NCBI GenBank assembly: GCA_963816395.1
Contig: CAWFKQ010000007.1
Span: 192,001 to 256,000 of the forward strand
Source: an uncultured delta proteobacterium
Lineage (GTDB): Bacteria; Desulfobacterota; Desulfuromonadia; Desulfuromonadales; JACZKF01
Reading direction: 5' to 3'
Length of the DNA: 64,000 bases
Shown: one piece after another, positions 8,875-19,450 of the stretch
How positions within the stretch are numbered: position 1 is the first letter of the stretch
How the letters are laid out: each line of letters begins with the position of its first letter
Made by a program: the position numbers and the translations under genes
The notes under the pieces: generated by a model
Seen by the model: only the letters and a program-made list of their open reading frames with translations
Databases searched by the model: none
What the model was told of the DNA's origin: nothing

Positions 8875-10485
8875 ATGAAAAAACCGGGAGCTTTGAGCGG
8901 AGCACTGATCGGCGTGCTGTTGACGGCGCCGCTGCTGGTCGTTTTCTACCTCGGCTGGAAATTTGCCGGTTTGCCGTTCGCCCCCTTTGATATTTTCGAC
9001 TGGTTGACGCGCGTTTTGCCTGGCTCTGCCGTCACCGTCGGCATCGAGTCGATGATCAAGGTGATCCGCGCAGTGCATTTCGGCAGCACGGCCGAGGTGG
9101 CCAAGGCGGCCGAACAAAGCATGGCGATTATCCTTTTTTTGATTGGCGGAGTCGTTGCCGGAGGGATTCTGTTCGTCCTGTTGCGGGCTTGGGAGAAGGG
9201 GGCTTTCCTCCTCGGTCCTTTGTTCGGGGCCGGCGCAGGTGTGCTGGTTTCTCTCATCGTCCACCTCCTCAACCGGCCTGCCGGCCTTCCGCCATGGGTC
9301 GGCGGGTTATGGATTTTGGTGGTCTTCCTGGCCTGGGGAGCGGGTCTGGGCGGGGCCTTTAAGCGACTGAGCGCGATGGCGGCCGCCTGGCCGGAAGAAA
9401 CCGATATCAGGTCGGTCGAATCGCTTGACCGGCGGCGATTTCTGATTCGTCTGGGCGGGGTCTCCGCGACCATTACGGTGACCGGAGCGGTGGTGGGCGC
9501 CCTGGTCGGTGGACGGCGACGGGAGGAAGTCGCCGGAGGTGAACAGTGGTCCGCCCGTCATCCCCTGCCGAATGCCGGCGCTGCCGTTAAACCGGCGCCC
9601 GGCACCCGCCCGGAGTTCACCCCGCTGGAAAAGCACTACCGCATCGACATCAACACCATGCCACCGGTGGTCAGTGAAGAAGACTGGCGGCTGAAGATCG
9701 GCGGTCTGGTTGAGGAGACCCTGGAACTCGCCCTGGCCGACCTTCGTCGCTACGAGCCGCTGCACCAGTTCATCACCCTCTCCTGCATCTCCAACCCTGT
9801 CGGCGGGGATCTCATCGGCACTATCCGGTGGACGGGAGTCAGTCTGCAGAAGCTTTTGCCGGAGTGGAAACTGCAGCCGACCGCGACTCATTTGAAAATA
9901 AGTTCAGTGGATGGCTTCTATGAGACGGTCGCGCTGGAAACGATTCGCCAGGACGAACGGGTGATGCTTGCTTACGCCTGGGACGGCGTGCCCCTGGAAG
10001 CCAAGCACGGTTTTCCTCTGCGCATTTACATCCCCGACCATTACGGCATGAAACAGCCCAAATGGATCGCGTCCATCGAGGCGATCGATCACTGGGATGC
10101 GGGGTACTGGGTGGTGCGGGGTTGGAGCCGGGAAGCGCGGATGAAAGCCACCTCGGTCATCGACACGGTCGCCGTGCAGGCCGCGACGACCGATGCGAGC
10201 GGACAAAGATTCGTGCCGGTCGGCGGCATCGCCCATGCCGGAGCGCGTGGAATTTCCAAGGTCGAGATACAGGTGGACAACGGCAATTGGCGGGAAGCCC
10301 AGCTAAGAACTCCTTTATCCGGGCTGACCTGGGTTATCTGGCGTTATGACATGCCCTTTCAGGCGGGTGAGCACGCCTTTACCGTCCGCTGCTGGGATGG
10401 CAAGGGAACTCCGCAGATCGTGCAATCCTCGCCGCCCCATCCGAACGGGGCAACAGGATTTGATAGCATACGCGCGACATTATGA
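8875..10485 (+). CDS. Membrane-anchored sulfite-oxidase-family molybdopterin oxidoreductase
   Basis: TM-rich N-terminus, DRRRFL motif, LSCISNPVGG (Mo-ligand Cys), HGFPLR..PDHYGMKQPKW, C-terminal Ig-like domain. Confidence 0.9.
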   Translation: MKKPGALSGALIGVLLTAPLLVVFYLGWKFAGLPFAPFDIFDWLTRVLPGSAVTVGIESMIKVIRAVHFGSTAEVAKAAEQSMAIILFLIGGVVAGGILFVLLRAWEKGAFLLGPLFGAGAGVLVSLIVHLLNRPAGLPPWVGGLWILVVFLAWGAGLGGAFKRLSAMAAAWPEETDIRSVESLDRRRFLIRLGGVSATITVTGAVVGALVGGRRREEVAGGEQWSARHPLPNAGAAVKPAPGTRPEFTPLEKHYRIDINTMPPVVSEEDWRLKIGGLVEETLELALADLRRYEPLHQFITLSCISNPVGGDLIGTIRWTGVSLQKLLPEWKLQPTATHLKISSVDGFYETVALETIRQDERVMLAYAWDGVPLEAKHGFPLRIYIPDHYGMKQPKWIASIEAIDHWDAGYWVVRGWSREARMKATSVIDTVAVQAATTDASGQRFVPVGGIAHAGARGISKVEIQVDNGNWREAQLRTPLSGLTWVIWRYDMPFQAGEHAFTVRCWDGKGTPQIVQSSPPHPNGATGFDSIRATL

Positions 10486-10628
10486 TCCGCGGGAAAATCA
10501 GATTGAATCGAACTTCATCATCCACCGGCACCAGAATTACCCCACATCCTGATCTCCCGTTAAGGTGAGCCCAAAGGCTGCCGGCAAATAGCTGTCGGTG
10601 ATCTCCACCTTATATTCAAGGGGAAGTT

Positions 10629-11030
10629 ATGAACACACCAATTACAAAGGGTACTCACCACATTGGACTTACCGTATCCCACTTGGAAGAAAGCGCTGGC
10701 TTCTTTACCTCATTGCTGGGATGGAGGGAAGTCCACAGGAATGAGGAATATCACGCCATTTATGTGAGCGATGGCAGTGTCATGGTAACTCTTTGGACAA
10801 CCAAGGAAGAGCCATCAGCCCAATTCAATAAAGATAGAAACGTCGGGCTTCACCATGTGGCTTTTCACGTTGCAAATGAGGGTGACTTGAACACGCTTTA
10901 CAAGCGGCTGACAAACAATGGGATAAAAATTGAATTTGCGCCGGAGCCGTTACAGCAGGGGTCCGCAAAACACATGATGTGCTATGAGCCAAGCGGCATT
11001 CGAGTAGAATTCATATGGCCAGGCAATTAG
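10629..11030 (+). CDS. VOC/glyoxalase-family protein
   Basis: HHIGLTV, GLHHVAF and EPSGIRVEF motifs; visibly more AT-rich than its flanks. Confidence 0.9.
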   Translation: MNTPITKGTHHIGLTVSHLEESAGFFTSLLGWREVHRNEEYHAIYVSDGSVMVTLWTTKEEPSAQFNKDRNVGLHHVAFHVANEGDLNTLYKRLTNNGIKIEFAPEPLQQGSAKHMMCYEPSGIRVEFIWPGN

Positions 11031-11186
11031 GCGCCAAACAATAGGCAGCCTATTTTCAAGAAATCATGCCCGCTCCGACCAGGCGTTTTTCGGCAGGGCC
11101 AAGACAGTCAAGGTGGAGCGTCCACCTTTCCGAAGAAGTTGGCACTTGGTGCGGCATCAAAGCGAGTCGGGGGGGACGACTGACTG

Positions 11187-12281
11187 TCACCCGAACAGCG
11201 AATCGACCGCCGCAAAATCGAAGCGCTTGGCGGCCAGGGAATGGATGAGGGCGATTTTCTCGGTGTCCTCGGCAGTGATCTTGGAGACATCGTCGCTGAT
11301 GGAGAGGAAGATATCGGTCGTTGACCTGTCGGTGCGTATATAAGGGATATCGCTGCGGTCAAGGATTTGCTGGGTGATCCGTGAAACCGGCGCTACCCCG
11401 GGAATAATCAGGCCGACGATTTTCGGCCGGTACTCGGGCATCAGGTAGAGATTGGCCAGCGTCACCAGGAGTTCGTCGCGGGAACTGGTCACCAGCAGCA
11501 GGGTTGAATCCTGCAGCAGCTCGACCACCCGCTGGGTGGAGGCGGCGCCGATCTGCACATGATGGACGATGCGCTGCTCCGCCTCGCGGCTCCCCTGCAG
11601 CGGAAGTCCGAGGACGCCGCAGATCCGCCGCAGGGTGGGATTGGCCAGCACCGGCTGATAATTGAAGCCGCCGCCGACGGTGAATTCGGCGCCGGCAAAG
11701 GCAATCCGCAGATAACGAAGGGTTTCCTCCCGTTTTTCCGGGATGATCTTGTTGGCGACGATCATCCGGATCTCCGCCCCTTCCTGCCGGAACAGAGCGG
11801 CATTCATATGCACTGCATCGACCACGTTCCCCACCCCGCCGCCGGTAACCATCAGCACCGGCGCACCGGCCAGGCGGGCAACCCGGGCATTGCTCATGCC
11901 AAGGATGGAGCCGACTCCGCAATGTCCCGATCCCTCGATGATCAAGAACTCGCATTCGCGGTCCATAACCTCAATGGCCTGGCGGATTTTCTCCTGCAGC
12001 GCCTCCCGGGAGACCTCGCCGTCGAGGACTTTTTTCGTCATGCCCGGCTGCAGCACCACCGGCGACATCCACTCCTTGTAGCGTTCCAGCCCATAGACCC
12101 GGGCCACCAAAGCGGCGTCCTTATCCATCGCCAGGCCATCCAGGGTGGTCGGCTTGGGACCTATAGGCTTGATGAAACCGACCCGTTCATATTTCTGCCG
12201 CGCCAGGTGCAGCAGCGACAAACTGGTGGTCGTCTTGCCGCTGTTTTGCCCCGTCGCCGCAATGAAAATCTTTTTTGCCAC
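11187..12281 (-). CDS. Stand-alone BioD-like/DRTGG protein (Pta N-terminal-like)
   Basis: ATGQNSGKTT P-loop, GFIKPIG, IIEGSGH; lacks the PTA catalytic domain. Confidence 0.85.
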   Translation of the reverse strand: MAKKIFIAATGQNSGKTTTSLSLLHLARQKYERVGFIKPIGPKPTTLDGLAMDKDAALVARVYGLERYKEWMSPVVLQPGMTKKVLDGEVSREALQEKIRQAIEVMDRECEFLIIEGSGHCGVGSILGMSNARVARLAGAPVLMVTGGGVGNVVDAVHMNAALFRQEGAEIRMIVANKIIPEKREETLRYLRIAFAGAEFTVGGGFNYQPVLANPTLRRICGVLGLPLQGSREAEQRIVHHVQIGAASTQRVVELLQDSTLLLVTSSRDELLVTLANLYLMPEYRPKIVGLIIPGVAPVSRITQQILDRSDIPYIRTDRSTTDIFLSISDDVSKITAEDTEKIALIHSLAAKRFDFAAVDSLFG

Positions 12282-12404
12282 GCTAAGCTCCTCCCGTTAA
12301 CTGCCCTCTGAACTTACCACCGGGGCCTGATTTTGGAAAGATGGGAACGCGACGCGACGCCAGTCGGCGCACCGGCCATCGGCCGGAAAGGGCTCGCGGC
12401 GGGA

Positions 12405-13163
12405 TCAGACAAAGCGCGCCAGAACCGGCGCATGATCGGAAGGCGACTGTCCCTTGCGCTCATCGCGGTCGACGAGGACATCGACGCAGCGCGCCGCCAG
12501 GACGGGAGTGGCGAGCAGGTGATCGAGGCGCAGGCCGTCGTTGCGGGGGAAGGAAAGCTGCCGATAATCCCACCAGGAGCAGGTCCCCTCCGGCAGGCGG
12601 CGGCCGAGGTCTTCCAGACCGCAGGCGAGAAGCCGGCGGAAGGCCTCGCGCATCTCGGGGTTATAAAGGACCGTTCCCTCCCAGCGCTCCGGGCGACCGA
12701 CGTCGCGCGCCTCCGGAGCGATATTGAGATCGCCGGCTAGAAGGAGCGGCCGGTCCAGGCCCTCCTGCTGCAGACGGGCAGCGAGCCGTTCCAGCCACAG
12801 GCGCTTGTAAGCGTACTTCTCGGAGCCGGGCACCTGACCGTTCGGCACATAGACGGAAAGAACGCGTAGGTCACCGATGTTGGCGGCAATAAACCGCGCC
12901 TGCCCGTCCTCCGCCCCGTGGTCCAGGCCGCGCACAATATCCGTCGGTTCACCGCGGGCGAGGATCGCCACTCCATGCCAGGTCTTCTGTCCGAACACGG
13001 CGGCCCGGTAGCCGGCATTTTCCAGCTCCCCGAAGGGGAAGTTTTCCTCTTCCGTCTTCAACTCCTGCAGACAGACCACATCCGGCCGGCGTTTCTCCAG
13101 CCAGGCCAGGAGCCGCTGCAGGCGGGCGCGGATCGAATTAACATTCCAGGTGGCGATCAGCAC
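12405..13163 (-). CDS. xth: Exodeoxyribonuclease III
   Basis: TWNVNSIR, LQELK, GDLNIAP, SWWDYR, LRLDH and SDHAPV motifs. Confidence 0.96.
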   Translation of the reverse strand: MLIATWNVNSIRARLQRLLAWLEKRRPDVVCLQELKTEEENFPFGELENAGYRAAVFGQKTWHGVAILARGEPTDIVRGLDHGAEDGQARFIAANIGDLRVLSVYVPNGQVPGSEKYAYKRLWLERLAARLQQEGLDRPLLLAGDLNIAPEARDVGRPERWEGTVLYNPEMREAFRRLLACGLEDLGRRLPEGTCSWWDYRQLSFPRNDGLRLDHLLATPVLAARCVDVLVDRDERKGQSPSDHAPVLARFV

Positions 13164-13186
13164 GGTCCCGTCGAATCCTAAAAGAT

Positions 13187-13981
13187 TTATTCCAGGGCCA
13201 CTACGAAACTGTTCGGGTAACCATCCTTCTCGAATTCGGCGCAGGCGGTTTCGGCCGCCTGCAGACTGGAATAGCGGCCGGCTCGCACCCGATAGAAAAG
13301 ACGATCGCCGACCCTGCTGGCCTGCACTCCGGCATAACCATAGCGGCTTTTGATCTGCGCCGCCAGGCGATCGGCGTTGTCGCGGACGGTGAAGGCACCG
13401 ATCTGTACCGCATAGCTGCCGACGGAATAGCTGGCGGGTTGCCGGTAGGTGACATGCCCGCTCCGATCCGATTGCCGGAAGCCGAGGGCCTCGATGCGCA
13501 CCGGTGCCGTCCCTGGGCCGATCACCCCGAGATCTTTGGCCAGCGCATAGGAGAGATCGATAATCCGCCCCCGAACGAAAGGGCCGCGATCATTGATGCG
13601 GGCCACCGCCTCGCGGCCATTGGCGAGATTCTTCACCTTGACATAAACCCCCAGGGGAAGGGTTTTGTGGGCGGCGGTAGGCTTGTGCATGTCATAGATC
13701 TCGCCATTACTGGTGCGCTTGCCATGGAAATCCTTGCCGTACCAGCTGGCGATCCCTTCCTCAAAGTAACCGGTCTGCTCGTCATGGCGCAACGGCTGAT
13801 AGCGCTCGCCGTTGACCTCATACGGTTTCTCCCAGGGTTTTAGATTCCGATCTCCCGGGGTGTCGATGACGCGGGAGCGATACGCCGGTCCGCCGCAGGC
13901 GGTGAGGGCCACCGCGATGAGAAGCAAAAAAAGCAACCTCGGCACGCCCCGGATAACATTAAAAGATGCCCTGATTTTCAC
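13187..13981 (-). CDS. rlpA: Septal ring lytic transglycosylase RlpA lipoprotein with SPOR domain
   Basis: LTAC lipobox; ASWYG, TAAHKTLP, INDRGPF, IIDLS; VQIGAF SPOR domain. Confidence 0.93.
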   Translation of the reverse strand: MKIRASFNVIRGVPRLLFLLLIAVALTACGGPAYRSRVIDTPGDRNLKPWEKPYEVNGERYQPLRHDEQTGYFEEGIASWYGKDFHGKRTSNGEIYDMHKPTAAHKTLPLGVYVKVKNLANGREAVARINDRGPFVRGRIIDLSYALAKDLGVIGPGTAPVRIEALGFRQSDRSGHVTYRQPASYSVGSYAVQIGAFTVRDNADRLAAQIKSRYGYAGVQASRVGDRLFYRVRAGRYSSLQAAETACAEFEKDGYPNSFVVALE

Positions 13982-14165
13982 TTCTGCCTTTCACCTGCAA
14001 ACAAAGAGGGATTTGCTGCCCGATCGCCCTATTGGGCAATTGCCTTGCTCTTCGCCTGATTGTCAAAACCCCTGGGACGCCGATTCACAGCGGCCCAAGG
14101 GTATAGCTGAAAAAGTACATTGTTGCCGAAGGATGAGAGCTGCAGATGACAGTTGCATCGGCCTG

Positions 14166-15131
14166 TCAGGAAACGGGCTTTTCCTCCACCCGGCTCATGG
14201 CGCGGAACTTCTGATAACGCTGCTCCAGAATCTCCTCCGGGGAGAGTTTTTTCAGCTCATTGAAATGTTTCTTCAGCACTTTTTTAACGTTCTCAGCCGC
14301 CTTGCGTGGATCGGTATGGGCACCGCCGATCGGCTCAGGAATCACCTCGTCGATCACGCAGCCGAGTTCGGCAATATCCTGGGCCGTTAGCTTGAGCGCC
14401 TCGGCCGCCTGCGGTCCCTTGGTGCCGTCGCTCCAGAGAATAGCCGCGCATCCCTCGGGAGAGATGACAGCGTAAACCGAGTATTCCATCATCAGAACCC
14501 GGTTGCCGACGGCGATGCCGAGGGCGCCGCCCGAGCCCCCTTCGCCGGTAATGGTGACGATGACCGGCACCTTCAGAGCCGCCATCTCCCGCAGGTTGCG
14601 GGCGATCGCCTCGGCCTGCCCGCGTTCCTCGGCGCCAATGCCGGGGAAGGCCCCGGGGGTATCGACAAAGGTGAAAATGGGCAGGCCGAACTGGTCGGCC
14701 ATCTGCATCACCCGCAGGGCCTTGCGATAACCTTCCGGGTTTGGCATGCCGAAATTGCGGTGGACTTTTTCCTTGGTATCACGCCCCTTCTGATGACCGA
14801 TCACGCAGCAGGGTTCCCCGTCCAAGCGGGCAAAGCCACAGACAATGGCCGGGTCGTCGCGAAAATTGCGGTCCCCATGCACCTCGAACCAGTCAGTGAA
14901 GATGTACTGAATAAGATCGAGAGTGAAGGGACGGTTGACGTGCCGCGCCAGTTGGGTGCGCTGCCAGCGCGAGAGATTGGAAAAAATTTCTTCCCGCAGT
15001 TTCTCGGCCTTCTTCTCCAACTTCCTGATTTCTCCGGAGAAGTCCACCTTTTCCGTGGAGTACTCGCGGAGCTCGCGGATTTTCTGCTCCAGCTCAACGA
15101 GGGGTTTTTCGAAATCGAGATAGAAATGCAT
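14166..15131 (-). CDS. accA: Acetyl-CoA carboxylase carboxyltransferase alpha subunit
   Basis: [19 protein letters not shown] and GEGGSGGAL motifs. Confidence 0.97.
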   Translation of the reverse strand: MHFYLDFEKPLVELEQKIRELREYSTEKVDFSGEIRKLEKKAEKLREEIFSNLSRWQRTQLARHVNRPFTLDLIQYIFTDWFEVHGDRNFRDDPAIVCGFARLDGEPCCVIGHQKGRDTKEKVHRNFGMPNPEGYRKALRVMQMADQFGLPIFTFVDTPGAFPGIGAEERGQAEAIARNLREMAALKVPVIVTITGEGGSGGALGIAVGNRVLMMEYSVYAVISPEGCAAILWSDGTKGPQAAEALKLTAQDIAELGCVIDEVIPEPIGGAHTDPRKAAENVKKVLKKHFNELKKLSPEEILEQRYQKFRAMSRVEEKPVS

Positions 15132-15211
15132 TTAGAATCTCCTCAAGAGAGGCAAGAGGTAAGAGAATGAGCCGAAGACTTCCTGCCGCTAACCTTTTGC
15201 CGCAGGCTTCG

Positions 15212-18200
15212 TTATTCAAACGTCACAACATTGTAGCCAAAGAGCTTCTGCGTTTCAGCGAGGATGTCGTCGGAAGCCGCCACCTTGAGCTGGTCGGCAG
15301 GCAGACGGATGATCGTTTCGCTGCGATTGGGCACCACCAGGTGGATCAGTGCCTCGCAATTTCCCCGGTATTTACCCATGAGTGCCCGCAGGGAGCGAAG
15401 CTGTGTCTCGTCCAGCCCCGGGGTAGTGAGACGGAAGTGCACTTTGCGGGTCAACCGATCCTTCACCTCGCGCAGGGCGACTATCTCGGTCGCCAGCAGC
15501 TTGCAGGTTTCCTCGCCGATATCCAGGGTGCCGCTGACCAGAAGCGGCTCCTCACTTTTCAGCAGCTCCGCGGCGGCCTGGTAGACTTCAGGGAAAACGA
15601 CCATTTCGACAAACCCGGAGAGGTCCTCGAGAGTAACGAACGCCATGCGCTCGCCCTTCTTGGTGGTGAGCTCCTTCAGCCCGGCGACAATGCCGCAGAC
15701 TTTTACCTCTTCTTTGTCGGCCCGCTCGTTCAGGCTGCTGGTATCGCAGGTGGCAAAACGGCGGATCGCCTCGGCATGGCGTGCAAGGGGGTGGCCGGTG
15801 ATGTAGAAGCCGAGGGCCTCCTTCTCGAAACTGAGCAGGACGTTTTCCGTCCATTCTTCCATCGCCGGCAGTTGACCGTAGCCATTGCCGTTATGGGAGA
15901 TGATTTCCTCGGTTCCGAAGAGGGATCCCTGACCGGCCGCTTTCTCCCGCTGCATTTTCTGGCCGACCTCCATGGCCTCCTCCAGGGCGGTCAGGTATTG
16001 AGCGCGCTTGCCGCCCAGGGAATCAAACGCACCGCACTTGACCAGGGCCTCCACCACCTTCTTGTTCACCTTGCGCAGGTCCACCTCCTGGCAGAAGTGA
16101 TGCAAGGCCGTGAAGGGCGCCTCCCGCCGCGCCTCCAGGATCGACTCGATGGCGGCCGCGCCGACTCCCTTGACGGCGCCCAGGCCAAAACGGATCGATC
16201 GTTCATGGACGGTAAAGGAACGATCCGAGGCATTGATGTCCGGCGGCAGCACCTCGATCCCCATGGAACGCACCTCGGCGATGTTCTTGATCACCTTGTC
16301 GGTATTCTCCATGTCCTCCGTGAGCAGCGCCGCCATGAACTCGACCGGATAATGCGCCTTGAGGAAGGCGGTCTGATAGGCGATCAGGGCATAGGCCGCC
16401 GAATGCGACTTGTTGAAGCCGTACTCGGCAAACTTGGCCATCAGGTCGAAAACCCCTTCCGCCCGTTTCGGATCGATTTTGCTCTTTTTCGCCCCATCGA
16501 GGAAAATCTGTTTCTGCTTGGCCATCTCCTCGGGTTTTTTCTTCCCCATGGCCCGACGCAGCAGGTCGGCGCCGCCCAGACTGTAGCCGGCGAGGACCTG
16601 AGCGATCTGCATGACCTGTTCCTGATAGACGATGACCCCGTAAGTATCCTTCAGGATCGGCTCCAACTGCGGGAAGTCGTAAACAATTTTCTTCTTCCCA
16701 TGCTTGCGCTGGATGAAATCGTCGACCATCCCCGATCCGAGGGGTCCGGGACGATAAAGAGCGCAGACCGCGATGATATCCTCGAAGCAGGAAGGTTTGA
16801 GCTTGATGAGCAGCTCCTTCATCCCGCTCGACTCGAGCTGGAAAACCCCGGTCGTTTCTCCGGCCGAAAGGAGGCGGAAGGTCTCAGGATCATCATCGCC
16901 GATGAGCTTCAGATCGAAATTGGGGTCTTTTCCCTCGCGGACCAGCCGCAGCGCTTTATCGATGACGGTGAGGGTTTTCAGCCCGAGGAAATCGAATTTG
17001 ACCAGTCCGATCTTCTCCACGAAACTCATGGCGTACTGGGTGACCTGGCCACCCGACTTTGGATCGGTATAGAGGGGAAGGTACTCGGGAAGCGGCTTCG
17101 GCGTCACCACCACGCCGGCGGCGTGGGTGGAGGCATGGCGGGTTAAACCCTCCAGGGCGATAGCGATGGGGAACAGCTCCTTCACCTTCGGATCTTTTTC
17201 CACCAGTTCACGCAGTTTGGGTTCCTGCTGCAAGGCCTCCTTAAGGGTGATGTTGAGCACCCCGGGGATCAACTTGGCGATTTTGTCCACCTCGCCATAA
17301 GGCATATTCAAAGCCCGCCCGACATCCCGGATGACCCCCTTGGCCTGCATGGTGCCGAAGGTGATGATCTGGGCCACATTGGCGGCGCCGTATTTTCCCC
17401 GCACATAGTCGATCACCTGCTCCCGGCCGTAAATGCAGAAGTCGACGTCGATATCGGGCATGGAGACGCGCTCCGGGTTGAGAAAGCGCTCGAACAGCAG
17501 GTTGTACGGCATCGGGTCGATGTCGGTGACGCGGATGGCATAGGCCACCAGCGAACCGGCGGCGCTGCCGCGCCCGGGGCCGACGGGAATGCCGTGATCC
17601 TTGGCCCAGTTGATAAAATCGGAGACGATGAGCAGATAGCCGGGAAAGCCCATCTGCTTGATGCAGGTCAGCTCAAGCTCCAGCCGTTCCCGATAGCTCC
17701 GTTCGACTTCGGGGGAGAAATCGGCGTGTACCCTGCGGATATCGCCCAGACGCCGATCCAGACCTTCGCGGGCCATCGTCTCCAGGGCCTCATCGAGGGA
17801 TTTGTCGGCCGGCTTTTCGTACTGGGGGAAATGATAGGTCTTGAAATCGAGTTCCAGGTTGCAGCGCTCGGCAATTTCCACCGTGTTGCGGATCGCCTGC
17901 GGCACATGCTTGAACAGCTCCTTCATTTCCGCCGGTGTCTTGACGTAGAACTCGTTGTTCTGGAAGCGCATCCGGTTGGGGTCGTCCATCGTCTTGCCGG
18001 TCTGGATGCAGAGCAGGACCTCGTGCGCGAAAGCATCCTCCCGGGTGAGATAATGGCAGTCGTTGGTCGCCACCAGCGGCAGGCCCAGATCCTCGGCGAT
18101 CCCCAGCAATCCCTTGTTCACCGGCGTCTGCTCGGGGAGGAAATTCTCCTGCAGTTCCAGGTAGAGACGGCCATCGTCAAACACCTGCGACATCTCCCGG

Positions 18201-18688
18201 ACCCGGCGCCGGGCCTCTTCCGGCCGGTTCAGGGACAGGAGGGTGGGGATTTCGCCGCCGAGGCAGGCGGTCAGGGCGATCAACCCCTCGTTATGCGCCT
18301 GCAGCAGCTCCCAGTCGACCCGGGGCTTGTAGTAGAACCCTTCCCGATAAGCGGCCGAGATCAGATGGCAGAGATTGCGGTAGCCGGTAAGGTTCTGGCA
18401 GAGAAGGACCAGGTGATAGGACGCCTCGGAGGAGCCGCGGGCATTCGATTTGTCGAAGCGGGAGCCGGGGGCGACGTAGGTCTCGCAGCCGATGATCGGC
18501 TTGATGCCGGCATCGCGGGCCTTGAGGTAGAACTCGATGGCGCCGAACATGTTGCCGTGATCGGTGACCGCCAGCGCCGGCATCCGGTACTCGCGTGCCC
18601 GCTGGACCAGGTCGGCGATTTTGATGGCGCCGTCAAGGAGACTGTATTGAGAATGCAGATGCAGGTGGACGAAATCGGCGTGTTCCAT
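15212..18688 (-). CDS. dnaE: DNA polymerase III alpha subunit
   Basis: HLHLHSQYSLLDG PHP domain, GRGSAAGS, PDIDVDF, FNKSH and QGSLF clamp motif; start set at MEHADF. Confidence 0.98.
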   Translation of the reverse strand: MEHADFVHLHLHSQYSLLDGAIKIADLVQRAREYRMPALAVTDHGNMFGAIEFYLKARDAGIKPIIGCETYVAPGSRFDKSNARGSSEASYHLVLLCQNLTGYRNLCHLISAAYREGFYYKPRVDWELLQAHNEGLIALTACLGGEIPTLLSLNRPEEARRRVREMSQVFDDGRLYLELQENFLPEQTPVNKGLLGIAEDLGLPLVATNDCHYLTREDAFAHEVLLCIQTGKTMDDPNRMRFQNNEFYVKTPAEMKELFKHVPQAIRNTVEIAERCNLELDFKTYHFPQYEKPADKSLDEALETMAREGLDRRLGDIRRVHADFSPEVERSYRERLELELTCIKQMGFPGYLLIVSDFINWAKDHGIPVGPGRGSAAGSLVAYAIRVTDIDPMPYNLLFERFLNPERVSMPDIDVDFCIYGREQVIDYVRGKYGAANVAQIITFGTMQAKGVIRDVGRALNMPYGEVDKIAKLIPGVLNITLKEALQQEPKLRELVEKDPKVKELFPIAIALEGLTRHASTHAAGVVVTPKPLPEYLPLYTDPKSGGQVTQYAMSFVEKIGLVKFDFLGLKTLTVIDKALRLVREGKDPNFDLKLIGDDDPETFRLLSAGETTGVFQLESSGMKELLIKLKPSCFEDIIAVCALYRPGPLGSGMVDDFIQRKHGKKKIVYDFPQLEPILKDTYGVIVYQEQVMQIAQVLAGYSLGGADLLRRAMGKKKPEEMAKQKQIFLDGAKKSKIDPKRAEGVFDLMAKFAEYGFNKSHSAAYALIAYQTAFLKAHYPVEFMAALLTEDMENTDKVIKNIAEVRSMGIEVLPPDINASDRSFTVHERSIRFGLGAVKGVGAAAIESILEARREAPFTALHHFCQEVDLRKVNKKVVEALVKCGAFDSLGGKRAQYLTALEEAMEVGQKMQREKAAGQGSLFGTEEIISHNGNGYGQLPAMEEWTENVLLSFEKEALGFYITGHPLARHAEAIRRFATCDTSSLNERADKEEVKVCGIVAGLKELTTKKGERMAFVTLEDLSGFVEMVVFPEVYQAAAELLKSEEPLLVSGTLDIGEETCKLLATEIVALREVKDRLTRKVHFRLTTPGLDETQLRSLRALMGKYRGNCEALIHLVVPNRSETIIRLPADQLKVAASDDILAETQKLFGYNVVTFE

Positions 18689-18859
18689 AATATCGAGGCG
18701 AAAGGCAAGACAGACAAAAGGCAAGAGGCGAGAGGCAGGTAACGGATCTATCCTACCTCTAGCCTCCAACCCGATCAAAAGTGCCCGGATAATAGCACCG
18801 CCGGGAAAGGCTGGTCAAGAAATCTGGTCGCGACGGGAATTGATTGCAAGTGCGGCAGC

Positions 18860-19450
18860 TCACCCGCCGAGGAGTACATTGACACCGAAACGGCGCAGGA
18901 TTTCACTGAGCTTGATCAGGGGCAGGCCGATCAGGCTGGTGTAGTCCTCGCCTGCCATTTTCTCCATAAGGGCGATCCCCAGCCCCTCGATTTTGAAGGA
19001 GCCGGCACAGTCGTAAGGCGTCTCCCGACGCAGATAGGAATCGATCTCCTCCTCCGTGAGAGCGCGCAGGGTGACGGCGAACGTGACGAAATCGACCTGT
19101 GATTCGCCGCTTTCGGCATCGAGGACCGCCAGCCCGGTATAGAAGGTATGGCTGCGCCCGGCCATGGCGCGCAGCTGTTCCGCCGCCGCCGCAAAATCCC
19201 CCGGTTTCCCCAGGATGCGACGCCGCTGGTCGACGAAAACCTGGTCGGCACCGATGATGAGGGACTGCGGAAAATGTCGGCGCAGGCTTTCAGCTTTATG
19301 AAACGCCAGATGCCTGACCAGCAGTTCCGGCGCCACCTCCTGGTCGATTTCCTCCTGGTAAACCGGGGAAGCGGAGACAAAGGGGATCTGCAGTTGCTGT
19401 AGCAGCTGCTTGCGGTAGGGGCTGGTCGATGCCAGGACAACGGAACGCAT
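18860..19450 (-). CDS. maf: Maf-family nucleoside triphosphate pyrophosphatase (YceF-like)
   Basis: LASTSPYR, GADQV, ILGKP, CAGSFKIEGLG and LIGLPL motifs. Confidence 0.93.
   Translation of the reverse strand: MRSVVLASTSPYRKQLLQQLQIPFVSASPVYQEEIDQEVAPELLVRHLAFHKAESLRRHFPQSLIIGADQVFVDQRRRILGKPGDFAAAAEQLRAMAGRSHTFYTGLAVLDAESGESQVDFVTFAVTLRALTEEEIDSYLRRETPYDCAGSFKIEGLGIALMEKMAGEDYTSLIGLPLIKLSEILRRFGVNVLLGG

Noticed and set aside
10540..11060. VOC gene as an integron cassette
   Set aside because: The gene is AT-rich with faint GTTRRRY/RYYYAAC-like flanks, but I could not build a pairable attC.
13985..14160. Riboswitch upstream of rlpA
   Set aside because: Short hairpins are present, but I recognise no aptamer consensus.
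15167..18742. Long antisense ORFs (659 aa and 382 aa, and similar ones opposite tgt, guaA, typA and nusA)
   Set aside because: These are shadow frames of GC-rich genes with no motifs of their own.
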